A stretch of DNA of 56,182 nt, filler included, from Limisphaerales bacterium (GTDB lineage: Bacteria; Verrucomicrobiota; Verrucomicrobiia; Limisphaerales; SIBE01), in assembly GCA_044225505.1 (NCBI GenBank). It is 5 parts of 5 records of this genome, joined end to end, with 100 filler letters (N's around TTAATTAATTAA, not from the genome) between each part and the next. Parts side by side here need not be neighbours in the genome. Positions count along the whole stretch, not along the records: positions 11,954 to 23,013 come from JBGAIN010000219.1; positions 23,114 to 34,073 come from JBGAIN010000220.1; 3 more parts are not named here. One strand, 5' to 3'. Positions within the stretch are counted from its first letter, which is position 1, and the number at the start of each line of letters is the position of its first letter. Below are positions 19,366-29,431 of this stretch, piece by piece. The notes below the pieces were generated by a model. That model was given only the letters and a program-made list of their open reading frames with translations, did not search any database and was not told the DNA's origin. The position numbers were made by a program, and so were the translations under genes.

Positions 19366-20177
19366 AGCCTGTGTGGCTGGTTCTTCTGTCGGGTCGTGCG
19401 CACGGTCACGTGAAGCGCCCCTGGCACGGGCTTCTCCGAAGCGACGATGAGGTAACCGCCGCCACAACCGGAATACATCGCGCCGGGGTATTGCCTTTGA
19501 TAGGCCTTGAGAATTGGCTTCAAGTCCAGGCGGAGAGCCGGATGACGAAGGATCTGGGGCAGCAACGTTTCCCAGCACTTCATGTTCAGGTCAAACGACG
19601 CGCCCAGTTGTTCAACGTCCATCGCCCGGATGGCGTCGAAACAATCCTTGCCGGATTGCCCGAGTCTGGCCACCCACTCAGGTTTCAGGTTCTTCACCCC
19701 CAGGGGGGAATAGCCGTCCGGGCGCGGTTCGATTGGAATAAGGTGCAGCACTTGGCTCAACCACTGTGCGACGCGCCGCGAGTTGCACGACTCGATATGC
19801 GATGGGAACACGCCGCCGTGGATTTTGAAATCGTAGTCGAGCCGGTTCACGCCTGGGTAAACCAGGCCGATCATGTCCTGCGAACCGCTCGGCTCCTTCT
19901 TCCCTTCGTTCTCGGCGGTGTATAACTCGCGCACCAACTCGTCCGGCGGACGGTTAGGCAGTCTACCCCGCCACAATTTCATCGCCACCTGGCGCGTGCC
20001 GCTCGCGATGCCGCTCCGGTCCATCGGCCGGAAATCCGGTTCGATCTGGACCACGACCATGGAGCCGGGCGGACTGGGATTATGCCTGGATACGAACGGC
20101 TGGTCGATCCAACCGCCCGCGAGCTGCAGCCGGTTTGGAATGGCGCCCAGGAGCTTTGATACCGGGGAGACTTTCAT
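19362..20177 (-). CDS. GHMP-family sugar kinase (fucokinase/HddA-like)
   Basis: PNRLQLAGGWIDQP (cf. fucokinase PVRIDLAGGWxD), RSGIASGT, SGSQD, SGCGGGY. Confidence 0.75.
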   Translation of the reverse strand: MKVSPVSKLLGAIPNRLQLAGGWIDQPFVSRHNPSPPGSMVVVQIEPDFRPMDRSGIASGTRQVAMKLWRGRLPNRPPDELVRELYTAENEGKKEPSGSQDMIGLVYPGVNRLDYDFKIHGGVFPSHIESCNSRRVAQWLSQVLHLIPIEPRPDGYSPLGVKNLKPEWVARLGQSGKDCFDAIRAMDVEQLGASFDLNMKCWETLLPQILRHPALRLDLKPILKAYQRQYPGAMYSGCGGGYLIVASEKPVPGALHVTVRTTRQKNQPHRL

Positions 20178-20210
20178 CGCAGGTCGCAAGAGGCAGGTGA
20201 TCGCTGTTGT

Positions 20211-21257
20211 CTAGCCAATGCCCACACGCTGGCCAGCGGCGCGCTTCTTGTGCTGCTCGTAAATCCAATGGAATGTCTCCTTCAGACCCTTATCCAGCGG
20301 CGTGCTCGGCTCCCATTTGAGCACCTTCTTAATGAAGGTGTTGTCCGAGTTGCGACCCGCGACGCCTTGCGGCGCATGCAAATCGTACTTGCGATTCATC
20401 GTCACGCCCGCGATGGCCTCGATTTTGGTCAAGAGCGTGTTGATGGAGACCATTTCGCTGGAGCCGAGATTGATCGGGGTGGCGATCAATTCGTCCGAGT
20501 GCATGATCTTGTCGATGCCCCGCACACAGTCATCGATATACATAAAGCTGCGGGTCTGGTGGCCGTTACCCCAAATGGTGATGTCTTTCTTGCCCAGCTC
20601 AATGGCTTCGATGACTTTACGGCAAAGCGCGGCGGGGGCCTTTTCCCGACCGCCGTCCCAAGTGCCATGCGGGCCATAAACATTATGGAATCGAGCAATG
20701 GCGGTCTTCATACCGCGTTCATGCCAGTATTCTTCGCAGAACTGTTCCGAGATCAGCTTTTCCCAGCCATAGCCGCGCTCGGCCATGGCTGGATAGGCGT
20801 CGGATTCCTTCAACGCGCGCACGTTCGGGTCTTTTTGGAGCAGCGTGTTGTAAGCGCAGGCTGAGCTCGAAAAGAAATAGCGGCGTGCTCCTGCGCGGTA
20901 AGCCGCTTCAATCATGTTTGTATTGATGAGAATTGAGCGCAGACACTCGACCCGAAAGCGTTCGATAAAACCCATCCCGCCCATATCCGCGGCCAGATTA
21001 TAGACCTCCACGGCGCTTTCGCAGGCGCGTTTGCAGTTGGCGTCGGTGCTCACGTCGAGGCAGAGGTTCTGAACTCCCGGAACGTGCAAGTACCACTCGT
21101 AAAGCGGCTTCTTGTCGACCGCGCGGATGTTGGTGAAGCCCTTCTTCTTGAAGTAGAGGGCGAGGTTGCCGGCAATGAAACCGCCGGCGCCCGTGATGAC
21201 GATGAGATCGTCTTTCTTCAGCTGCGGGTCCTTTACCACTGCTCGTCGCTGTTCCAT
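20211..21257 (-). CDS. GDP-mannose 3,5-epimerase-like extended SDR
   Basis: TGAGGFIA, NLAADMGGMGFI, SSACAY, YGWEK, RFHNVYGPHGTWDGGREKAPAALCRK, QTRSF, GRNSDNT. Confidence 0.88.
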   Translation of the reverse strand: MEQRRAVVKDPQLKKDDLIVITGAGGFIAGNLALYFKKKGFTNIRAVDKKPLYEWYLHVPGVQNLCLDVSTDANCKRACESAVEVYNLAADMGGMGFIERFRVECLRSILINTNMIEAAYRAGARRYFFSSSACAYNTLLQKDPNVRALKESDAYPAMAERGYGWEKLISEQFCEEYWHERGMKTAIARFHNVYGPHGTWDGGREKAPAALCRKVIEAIELGKKDITIWGNGHQTRSFMYIDDCVRGIDKIMHSDELIATPINLGSSEMVSINTLLTKIEAIAGVTMNRKYDLHAPQGVAGRNSDNTFIKKVLKWEPSTPLDKGLKETFHWIYEQHKKRAAGQRVGIG

Positions 21258-21394
21258 GGGTATATCTTGCTTTGGCCTGTTCTTTTCGCTGTTAAAAGGG
21301 AGCGGCTGCTCCGAGTTCCGCCTACAGCATTGTATTTCTCCGGGAATTCGGGAATATCCATCATTGACCGCTGCATATCCGTGGTTGTCTTTTT

Positions 21395-22300
21395 ATGGAA
21401 AACTCTCGTGCGAGCACCCCGGCCAACCCCGACTTCTTCTCAACGCAAATTCTGCAGGCGCGACGTTTCTTTCTGAATCTGAATCCCCGACCAGGCAACT
21501 CCCTTACGGTCGCCTGCGGCGGTATGGAGCACTGCGACCCGAACTATGCTATCCAACGAAGCTCATTCCCGTTTTGCTCCATCGAATTCGTGGCGCGGGG
21601 CCTTGGGCGTTTAAGTCTGGGGGCCAAAGAACATCGCCTCCACCCCGGAAGTGTGTTCTCATACGGGCCGGGCGTGCCCCACGAGATCTCCACCGATCCA
21701 CAGCAACCGCTGATCAAATACTTTGTAGACTTCGCCGGTTCCGGCGCCAGCGCGTTGCTGAATTCGTCTGGGCTTCGCGCTGGTTCGGTGGGTCAGGTCT
21801 TTCCCCCCACGGAGATTCAACCGCTCTTCGATGAATTGATTCGCAATGGGCTGCGCGGCAGCCGCCAGTCCCCTCGGATCTGCGCGATTCTGCTAGATGC
21901 GTTGGCGCACAAGATAGCTGAGGCGCGTGCACCCCGGTCCGGCCGCGAAACGCTTGCGTTCGGGACGTACCAGCGATGCCGAGATCATATCGCCCGTCAT
22001 TTCCAGCGACTTCGGTCGGTGGAACAGATCGCTCGGGAATGCCACCTCAACAATGCCTACCTATGCCGGTTGTTTAAGCGCTACGACGAAGGCACGGCTT
22101 ACAGTTATCTCCTGCGCATAAAGATGAATTACGCCGCCGAGCGGCTGCAGAGCCCCGCTGCGCTCGTCAAACAAGTCGCCGAAGAAACCGGATTTGCCAA
22201 TCAATTTCACTTCTCGCGCACCTTCAAAACTACCTTTGGCATCTCGCCAAGTGCGATGAGTAGAATGCGTGGATCGCAAGCCTTCCCACGCAGCGCATAG
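21395..22300 (+). CDS. AraC family transcriptional regulator, divergent from the GME operon
   Basis: Cupin sensor domain (FSYGPGVPH); C-terminal YLCRLFK...VKQVAEETGFANQFHFSRTFKTTFGISP. Confidence 0.92.
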   Translation: MENSRASTPANPDFFSTQILQARRFFLNLNPRPGNSLTVACGGMEHCDPNYAIQRSSFPFCSIEFVARGLGRLSLGAKEHRLHPGSVFSYGPGVPHEISTDPQQPLIKYFVDFAGSGASALLNSSGLRAGSVGQVFPPTEIQPLFDELIRNGLRGSRQSPRICAILLDALAHKIAEARAPRSGRETLAFGTYQRCRDHIARHFQRLRSVEQIARECHLNNAYLCRLFKRYDEGTAYSYLLRIKMNYAAERLQSPAALVKQVAEETGFANQFHFSRTFKTTFGISPSAMSRMRGSQAFPRSA

Positions 22301-22526
22301 CCCTTTACTGCGATGCGATCAGCGTAATGAAGCGATGGGCTGTTTCGACGCGCTAATTCCCCTGCTGTGGAATATCGCTGCGCCCAATCGACCCGCGGCG
22401 CCTGACTTGACAGGCCGGAGTGCCCTTTGGCAGTGTCCCGTCATGCTCGGTATGTCCCCAAAACCAAGTCTGCCTTACCCGAGCAACGCTGATCGTTCGC
22501 CGTGCTCAAACAGCCATTTCCTAATC

Positions 22527-23013
22527 ATGAAAATGCGTCGCAGAGACTTTCTCGGGCTCGTCCCCGCCGTTCTCGCTGCAGTTGCGTCCGTGGGTGAAAC
22601 GCCGCGTCGCAACCCGTTCCCGCGCTGGCGCGGTTTCAATCTTCCGGGCGCGCCCGACCAGATTCCCGAAGACGACTTTCGCATGATCCAGGACCTCGGT
22701 TTCGACTGGGTGCGGTTGCCCGAGTCCTACTGGAACCTGGTCGATTCGGACGCGACTCGGAAGGGACGCATTGAACTGGCTGACGTGCGCAAAGTGAAAG
22801 AAAGCGCGCTGGCTCACATAGACCGCCTGATCGACTGGGGACGCAAGTACTCCATCCACGTGAACCTGGCCTTGCACCGCGCGCCCGGGTTTTGTATTGC
22901 CGATTACAATCCGGGCCGAAGCCCCAGCGAACCATTCAATCTCTGGAAAGACCCGGCGGCAGAGGACGCCTTCGTCTTTTACTGGGAGATGTTCGCGCGC
23001 CGCTACCAGGGTG
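22527..23013 (+). CDS. GH5-family glycoside hydrolase with Tat signal (3'-truncated)
   Basis: MKMRRRDFLG; WRGFNL, LGFDWVRLP, IHVNLALHRAPG, WEMFARRY. Confidence 0.8.
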
Positions 23014-23113
23014 NNNNNNNNNNNNNNNNNNNNNNNNNNNNNNNNNNNNNNNNNNNNTTAATTAATTAANNNNNNNNNNNNNNNNNNNNNNNNNNNNNNN
23101 NNNNNNNNNNNNN
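23014..23113. other. Artificial contig linker
   Basis: N44-TTAATTAATTAA-N44. Confidence 0.98.
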
Positions 23114-24685
23114 TTCGTTAACCAGGACATTCGCGGGAAGTTCCAATCGGAGGGCGAGTTCGTGATGTTGCGTCCGCTCCAGGACGGCAGCAGCGGCGTC
23201 GACGAATCCTCCGATTCCTACGACACCATCGAGTGGCTGATTCGCAACGTGCCGTACAACAACGGAGCGGTCGGCATTTTCGGGACTTCGTACGTGGGCT
23301 GGACCACCCTCATGGGGACGCGGCGTCCACACCTGGCATTGCGCGCGGCGTGCGAGGAAGCGAGTCCGGCGGACATGTTTCTCGGCGATGACTTTCATCA
23401 CAATGGTGCGTTCCGGTTGAGCTATGGCTACGAATATGCATGCATGATGGAGACGGCGCGCACCAACGTGGACGTCCGGCTGGATCACTATGATGCCTAT
23501 GACGCGTACCTGCGCCTGGGCAGCCTCGCCAATGTCGCCAAACGGTGGTTGCAGGGGAAGACGCTACCCACTTGGAACAACTTTGTGCTCCACCCGAACT
23601 ATGATGAGTTTTGGCAGCGGCAGGCGCTTGCCAGTTTCCTGACCAATGTCACGGTCCCGATCCTTCACGTCGCCGGCTGGTGGGATCAGGAGGATTTCTA
23701 CGGCCCACAGAAAGCGTATGAACTGCTCGAGCAAACCGATTCTGCGGGAAAGAACTTCTTTATCGCCGGACCCTGGAATCACGGGGGCTGGAGCGGTGAC
23801 GGCCGCCGCCTGGGCAAGATCGACTTTGGCAGTGCCACGGGCGAGTTCTTTCGCAAGGAGATTCGTGCGAAGTGGTTCGCGATGCACTTGAAGGGACGCT
23901 CCTCCACCAACTTCCCGGAGGCGATCACCTTTCAAACGGGCGCCAACAAGTGGGAGAGCCATGACCGCTGGCCGCCGCGCGATGTCCAGCGCCGCTCCCT
24001 CTATTTTCACGAACAGGGGCGGCTGAGCTTTGAGAAGCCCGCACGCGATGGCGGCTCGGAGGCAGACCGCTTTGTTTCTGACCCAGCACACCCAGTGCCC
24101 TATCGGACTCGCCCAATTGAGACGACCTATGGCGATGGCTCCCGCTGGTCCACCTGGCTGGTCGAAGACCAACGCCATGTTCACCAGCGTCCGGACGTCT
24201 TAACCTATGAGACCGAAACGCTGGGTGAGGATCTGGTTGCGACCGGGGAAGTGGTGGCGCATCTGTTTGCGGCCACGTCAGGAACCGACGCCGATTGGAT
24301 TGTGAAGCTAATTGACGTCTATCCACCCCATGTCGCGGACAATCCGACCATGGGAGGTTATCAGCTCATGGTGGCGAATGAAGTGTTCCGTGGTCGATTC
24401 CACAAAGGGTTCGATACGCCCGAGGCCATTCCAGCCAATGAGGTCGTTCCTTACCAGTTCAGCTTGCACTCGCTCAATCACCGTTTCCTCAAGGGGCACA
24501 AGATCATGGTGCAAGTCCAGAGCACCTGGTTTCCGCTGATCGACCGCAACCCGCAAAAGTTCGTGCCCAACATCTTCTGGGCAGACGACTCGGATTTTCA
24601 TAGTGCTACTCACCAGATAATGCGCAGTGCCATAGCTCCGTCCCACGTGGAACTGCCCGTTCGGGAATCGTCGTCAGATCCTTGA
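23114..24685 (+). CDS. CocE/NonD family hydrolase (alpha-amino acid ester hydrolase-like), 5'-truncated
   Basis: QDIRGKFQSEG, DTIEWL, GTSYVG, GWWDQED, GPWNHG, RPDVL, QVQSTWFPLIDRNPQ. Confidence 0.9.
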   Translation, partial: FVNQDIRGKFQSEGEFVMLRPLQDGSSGVDESSDSYDTIEWLIRNVPYNNGAVGIFGTSYVGWTTLMGTRRPHLALRAACEEASPADMFLGDDFHHNGAFRLSYGYEYACMMETARTNVDVRLDHYDAYDAYLRLGSLANVAKRWLQGKTLPTWNNFVLHPNYDEFWQRQALASFLTNVTVPILHVAGWWDQEDFYGPQKAYELLEQTDSAGKNFFIAGPWNHGGWSGDGRRLGKIDFGSATGEFFRKEIRAKWFAMHLKGRSSTNFPEAITFQTGANKWESHDRWPPRDVQRRSLYFHEQGRLSFEKPARDGGSEADRFVSDPAHPVPYRTRPIETTYGDGSRWSTWLVEDQRHVHQRPDVLTYETETLGEDLVATGEVVAHLFAATSGTDADWIVKLIDVYPPHVADNPTMGGYQLMVANEVFRGRFHKGFDTPEAIPANEVVPYQFSLHSLNHRFLKGHKIMVQVQSTWFPLIDRNPQKFVPNIFWADDSDFHSATHQIMRSAIAPSHVELPVRESSSDP

Positions 24686-24687
24686 AA

Positions 24688-26031
24688 ATGCGCCTCCAGC
24701 CTTTAGCCCCGTCCGTGAGGTTCCTGGTGGCCATCAGCCTCGCGACGCTTTTCCCTGTGTGGTTGACCTGCGCCAGTGCCGCAGAGGGTGTCGACGAACG
24801 GCTGTTGGACCCGACGGTCGCGTCAAATGGCGTCAGGCTTGGCCGCTCTTCCGCCGGCCGTGGGAGCGAACCCCAGGCCAACCCAGATGCCTTTGCGGGA
24901 CGGCGCGCCTTCCGTGATCCCGCAGATGTGGCTCGCAAGCTGCAATCCGCGCAAACAGTGTTCCCGTTTCGAGTGGTTCACCATGGTGACGATCTGTGGA
25001 AGCTCCCGGCCGCCGAAGCGGCTTCGGCGTTCGCGCCGGTCTACGCCTGGAAAGGCCGCACCTACGGCCTTGGGGAGTTCAACGAACGTACGCATACCAG
25101 TGCCATGCTCATTCTCAAGGACGGCAAGATTGTCCATGAGACCTACTTGGCGGGGGCATCGCCGGAAACGCTCTTTTTCGGCTACTCGCTCTCGAAATCC
25201 TTTACCTCAACCCTAGTCGGAATGGCTCTCGAAGATGGCTCGCTCGGGAGCCTTGATGAGCGGCTCAGCCACTATCTCCCGACCCTGGCCTGTGGCGCAT
25301 ACGAGGGCGTGACGATCCGAGACGCGCTCCAGATGCTCTCCGGGGTCGAGTTCATGCCGGGACACTTCAGTTGGACCGACGAGTCGATCCCAGCTGCGCG
25401 CGTCTACCAATCCTCTCTCGTGAACCAGCGCTATCGCTATATCGAAGGAGCCAATTCGCTCAAACGCGCTTACCCCATTCGATCCAAATTCAGTTACTGC
25501 GACATGGATGCCGCCCTACTCGGCGGCGTGCTCGAAAACGCTACTCGACAAAGGCTGGCGACCTACATGGAAGAGAGACTCTGGAAGCCAGCTGGGATGG
25601 AAGCCGACGCGGTGTGGATCCTGGATGGGCCGCCAGAAATCGGACGGGAGGTCGCCGCCCTGAGCTTTGCCGCAACGTTGAGAGACTACGGCCGATTTGG
25701 GCTTCTGGCGTTACAGCGGGGAAACGTCCGGGGCAAACAGTTGGTTTCTCCGGATTGGTTTCAATCCGCCACGACCCCGGGCCGACGAGCCGTCGAGTTT
25801 GGCCAACTAAGCGAGAACTATCCACTGGGCTACGGCTATTACTGGTGGCTCTTGCCGAACGGCGCGTTTACCGGTCAAGGTGCATTCGGCCACTTCATTT
25901 ACGTCGTGCCACAGGCCAATGTGGTCATCGTCAAGCATAGCCATTGGCCCAAAGAGTGGGATGATGAACTGGAAATGGAGATGTACAGCTTTTGTGACGG
26001 AGTGGTCAGAGCTTTGGGGACAAGAGACTGA
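24688..26031 (+). CDS. Serine hydrolase, beta-lactamase class C / NylB-like
   Basis: SLSK (SxxK), LQMLSG, FSYCD, LWKPAGME, RDYGRFG, YGYYWW, GAFG; signal peptide. Confidence 0.85.
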   Translation: MRLQPLAPSVRFLVAISLATLFPVWLTCASAAEGVDERLLDPTVASNGVRLGRSSAGRGSEPQANPDAFAGRRAFRDPADVARKLQSAQTVFPFRVVHHGDDLWKLPAAEAASAFAPVYAWKGRTYGLGEFNERTHTSAMLILKDGKIVHETYLAGASPETLFFGYSLSKSFTSTLVGMALEDGSLGSLDERLSHYLPTLACGAYEGVTIRDALQMLSGVEFMPGHFSWTDESIPAARVYQSSLVNQRYRYIEGANSLKRAYPIRSKFSYCDMDAALLGGVLENATRQRLATYMEERLWKPAGMEADAVWILDGPPEIGREVAALSFAATLRDYGRFGLLALQRGNVRGKQLVSPDWFQSATTPGRRAVEFGQLSENYPLGYGYYWWLLPNGAFTGQGAFGHFIYVVPQANVVIVKHSHWPKEWDDELEMEMYSFCDGVVRALGTRD

Positions 26032-26080
26032 ATTGTGCGGACCCCGCGGACCAACAGTTAGATTCGATTTGGGAGAGACA

Positions 26081-26323
26081 ATGAAGACTTGCTATTGCAG
26101 ATCGCTAAAACACGTCCGGCCAATTCTAACAGCTCGCCTTCTGCGCGGCTTGACGGCGGCCTTAGTCCTTGCGTGGAACGTGAACGCCGATGCCTTCGTC
26201 TACTTCGCTCTTACGCCGCAAGGAACGATTGAGGGCATGAAGATCCGAGCGATCTCTTCCCTCATGGACCCCGGTTTTTGCTTCCAGGATTTGAACCTTG
26301 TTCCAAAAGGCGATCGAGAATGA
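26081..26323 (+). pseudogene. Signal peptide fused to a DUF3471-like C-terminus; probable internal-deletion remnant of a serine hydrolase
   Basis: RBS-like GGGAGAG; hydrophobic leader, then NADAFVYFALTPQGTIEGMKIRAISSLMDPGFCFQDLNLVP. Confidence 0.5.
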
Positions 26324-26487
26324 GCTTTAACTCGAACGAGGTTTCGAGGGCCCCCTCCCAGGCGCTCCTGGCGGTGATTGATCTTCCGTCTAACCAGCTA
26401 TTGAAGAGCTTGCGTGACAGCCGCGACCTCACCTCTCTTGAGGGCATAACCCGTTCCAAATGGCTGTCCAAATTGAATCTGAATCGC

Positions 26488-29256
26488 ATGATCATGAGAA
26501 TCCAGTCTATCGTCCTTACCATCTGTGCCGCAGTGACGTGTGGGTGCGTTGAGATCGCAGCCGCCGAGCCCGATCGCGACGCGGCGACGTCGCCCTCTCT
26601 TGTACGGCCAGATCGCCCAACACAACCATCACTCTCCGTAACGGCCACCCAACTCTTTGCCAACTATTTCGAGGAACGGCTGAAGCTGTTTCCATTGGAG
26701 GCAACGCAGGCAGGCGACCATCGCTATGATGACCAATTGCCTAATGATTTGACGGAGGCATTTCGCGCTACCAAGCATGACTTTTTTCAACGTTACTTGC
26801 GAGCGGTGCGCGACTTGGATCCGGAACGGCTTTCGCATGAGGAACGCTTAAGCTGCGGCATTCTGATATCGGAATGCGAAGCGGCGCTGGACAGTCTGCG
26901 CTTTCCCACGCACTTGATGCCCATCAATCAGTTCGAGTCTCTGCATCTCAAGATTGGCCAGTGGGCGGCAGGCACAGGGGCGCAACCTTTCAAAACCGTC
27001 AAGGATTACGAGAATTGGCTCAAACGTCTGGATGGGTTTGCGGAATGGTCCCATACCGCGGTGACGAACATGAGGGAAGGCATCAAGAGAGGCTGGGTGC
27101 TGCCCAAGGCGCTCATTCGTAAGACAATCCCGCAAATGGCGGCCATGGCCCGGCTTCCCGTCGAGAACCATCTCTACTATAGCCCCATCCGGCATATGCC
27201 GGAAACGTTCTCTGCCGCGGACCGGGCGCGGCTTTCCCAGGCCTATTCCAGGACAATCCAGGAGACGATTATACCGGCTTTTAAAGAGCTGGAGGAATTT
27301 CTAACTCGCGAGTATCTGCCCGCCGGTCGCGATTCATCGGGAATCGCAGCGATACCGCTGGGTTCGGAATTCTATCGTAGTCAAGTCAAGCGATTCACGA
27401 CCACAGCGGTGTCGCCGGACGAAATCTTTGAATTGGGCCAACGCGAGGTGGCGCGGATTCAAGGCGAGATGGAGAAAGTCAAGCAGTCCGTTGGATTCAA
27501 AGGTGAACTGCGGTCCTTCTTTGACCACGTCCGTTCCCGCAAAGAGTTGATGCCCTTTACAGATGCGCTGCAAGTGCTGGAACGCTTTCATGCCATTCGC
27601 GAGAGCATGAGCCCCTCGCTGACGCGCCTGTTTCGCCTCAAGCCCAAAACCCCGTTGGAGATCCGCCGCACCGAGGCGTTCCGGGAAGCCAGTGCGAGCG
27701 CGGAATGGGTCAGCGGTTCGCTGGACGGGGATCGGCCCGCAATCTTTTACGTGCCCATTCCAGAGGTGCATAAATATAACGTCCTTCAGGATGAGGCCCT
27801 GTTCCTGCACGAGGCCATTCCGGGGCACCATTACCACCTCTCGTTACAGCGAGAAAACAAAGACCTCCCCATGTTTCGACGTGTGCTGGACCTGTCTACG
27901 TTCAACGAAGGCTGGGCGCTCTATTGCGAATCGCTCGGGAAAGAGCTCGGCCTTTATAGTGATCCGTACCAGTATTTTGGCATGCTCAGCATGGAGATGC
28001 ACCGGGCTATCCGGCTGGTCGTCGATCCCGGTCTGCATGTCAAGGGCTGGACACGTGAACAGGCGATCCAATACTCCCTGGAGCACGAAGCGGATTCCGA
28101 GGAGGGTATCATCTCTGAGGTCGAGCGCTACATGGCCTGGCCAGGTCAAGCTGTCGCCTACAAGATAGGGCAGCTCAAGATCCTCGAACTGCGCGCGCTC
28201 GCTGAACAGGCATTAGGCCCTGCGTTTGAGATGCGCGATTTTCATGACTGGATTCTGGAATCCGGGGCCATGCCTCTGCCGCTCCTGGAAGCGAAGGTGA
28301 ATCGATCGATAGCGCAGAAACGTGCTCGCTCCACGGCGGACACCCAACACGCACCCAAAGCAGAGTCATCTTCCCTCTCGCCGCGCGAAGGGTTCATCCC
28401 CGTGGAGGGCGGGCCAGTCTGGTACCGGATCTTCGGAGGCGGCCGTGCGACACCCCTGCTTATGGTTCATGGAGGGCCCGGAGGCAGATCTTGCACCTTC
28501 GAACCGAGCGCGCAAATCCTGAGCCAAGATCGGCCGGTTATCCTGTATGATCAACTGGGGACCGGTCGATCCGGACGTCCACTCGATCCGACCCTGTGGA
28601 CTGTCGATCGGTATGTGCGCGAGCTCGGCCAGGTCAGAGCAGCTCTCGGTCTGACCAACGTCCATCTCTTGGGACATTCCTGGGGAACAGGTTTAGTCGT
28701 GTCGTATTTGCAAACGGCTGGTTTCGATGGTGTCCAGTCCGCGACGTTTCTGGGTCCATTCTTCAGCACCCGAATCTGGCTGGAAGATGCCCAACTTCTT
28801 TTGGCTCAGCTGCCCGCGGATCTGCAAGCGACAGTGAAACGACACGAGCAAGCGGGCACGACTCAATCCAAAGAGTATCAGGAAGCAACCGAGGTCTTTT
28901 ACAGTCGCTTCTTTTATCACAAAAGCAATCCACCGCTTCCTGCCTCTTGTGACGAATCCAGGAGGAATGACGAGATCTACCAGCAGATGTGGGGACCGAC
29001 AGAATTCCATGCCACCGGCACGTTACGAGACTTCGACGTCACCGACGTCCTGCCTCGGCTTCGTATGCCAGTGCTCCTGGTGGTGGGGCGCTTTGACGAG
29101 GCGCGCTCAGAAACCGCGGCCCGCTTTCAAGGCATGATGCCCGATGCACGTCTGGAGATCGTCGAGGATTGCGGGCACATGGTCCCTGTCGAGGATCCTG
29201 CGGGGCTCGCTCGAATCGTCCGCGAATTCCTGCGAGAGCGACAGCGTGGACGTTAG
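26488..29256 (+). CDS. DUF885 protein fused to proline iminopeptidase / L-amino-acid amidase (alpha/beta hydrolase)
   Basis: DUF885: QPFKTVKDYENWLKRL, HEAIPGHH, EGWALY, RAIRLVVD, EVERY, AYKIG; then HGGPG, YDQLGTG, GHSWG, GRFD, CGH in one frame. Confidence 0.85.
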   Translation: MIMRIQSIVLTICAAVTCGCVEIAAAEPDRDAATSPSLVRPDRPTQPSLSVTATQLFANYFEERLKLFPLEATQAGDHRYDDQLPNDLTEAFRATKHDFFQRYLRAVRDLDPERLSHEERLSCGILISECEAALDSLRFPTHLMPINQFESLHLKIGQWAAGTGAQPFKTVKDYENWLKRLDGFAEWSHTAVTNMREGIKRGWVLPKALIRKTIPQMAAMARLPVENHLYYSPIRHMPETFSAADRARLSQAYSRTIQETIIPAFKELEEFLTREYLPAGRDSSGIAAIPLGSEFYRSQVKRFTTTAVSPDEIFELGQREVARIQGEMEKVKQSVGFKGELRSFFDHVRSRKELMPFTDALQVLERFHAIRESMSPSLTRLFRLKPKTPLEIRRTEAFREASASAEWVSGSLDGDRPAIFYVPIPEVHKYNVLQDEALFLHEAIPGHHYHLSLQRENKDLPMFRRVLDLSTFNEGWALYCESLGKELGLYSDPYQYFGMLSMEMHRAIRLVVDPGLHVKGWTREQAIQYSLEHEADSEEGIISEVERYMAWPGQAVAYKIGQLKILELRALAEQALGPAFEMRDFHDWILESGAMPLPLLEAKVNRSIAQKRARSTADTQHAPKAESSSLSPREGFIPVEGGPVWYRIFGGGRATPLLMVHGGPGGRSCTFEPSAQILSQDRPVILYDQLGTGRSGRPLDPTLWTVDRYVRELGQVRAALGLTNVHLLGHSWGTGLVVSYLQTAGFDGVQSATFLGPFFSTRIWLEDAQLLLAQLPADLQATVKRHEQAGTTQSKEYQEATEVFYSRFFYHKSNPPLPASCDESRRNDEIYQQMWGPTEFHATGTLRDFDVTDVLPRLRMPVLLVVGRFDEARSETAARFQGMMPDARLEIVEDCGHMVPVEDPAGLARIVREFLRERQRGR

Positions 29257-29431
29257 ATTGCATCAGATCCGGGTGAACGAACCGTTCAAACAAACGGTTG
29301 TCGCCATGTCACTTCTTTCATCCCTGTGCCTTTGTGCCTCCGTGAGAACCCTTCTAGCAATCTAACCATTTTCGTGCTCAAGCCAGTAAATGCGCAAAGC
29401 GGGCCTTGATGATTGCGGAACTCCCGTCTGA

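Noticed and set aside
20211..21257. Plant-like ascorbate biosynthesis
   Set aside because: No GDP-L-galactose phosphorylase, phosphatase or dehydrogenases nearby; context is kinase, glycosidase and AraC
24688..26031. Antibiotic-resistance beta-lactamase
   Set aside because: YCD instead of YxN and no KTG; resembles NylB-like amidases or esterases
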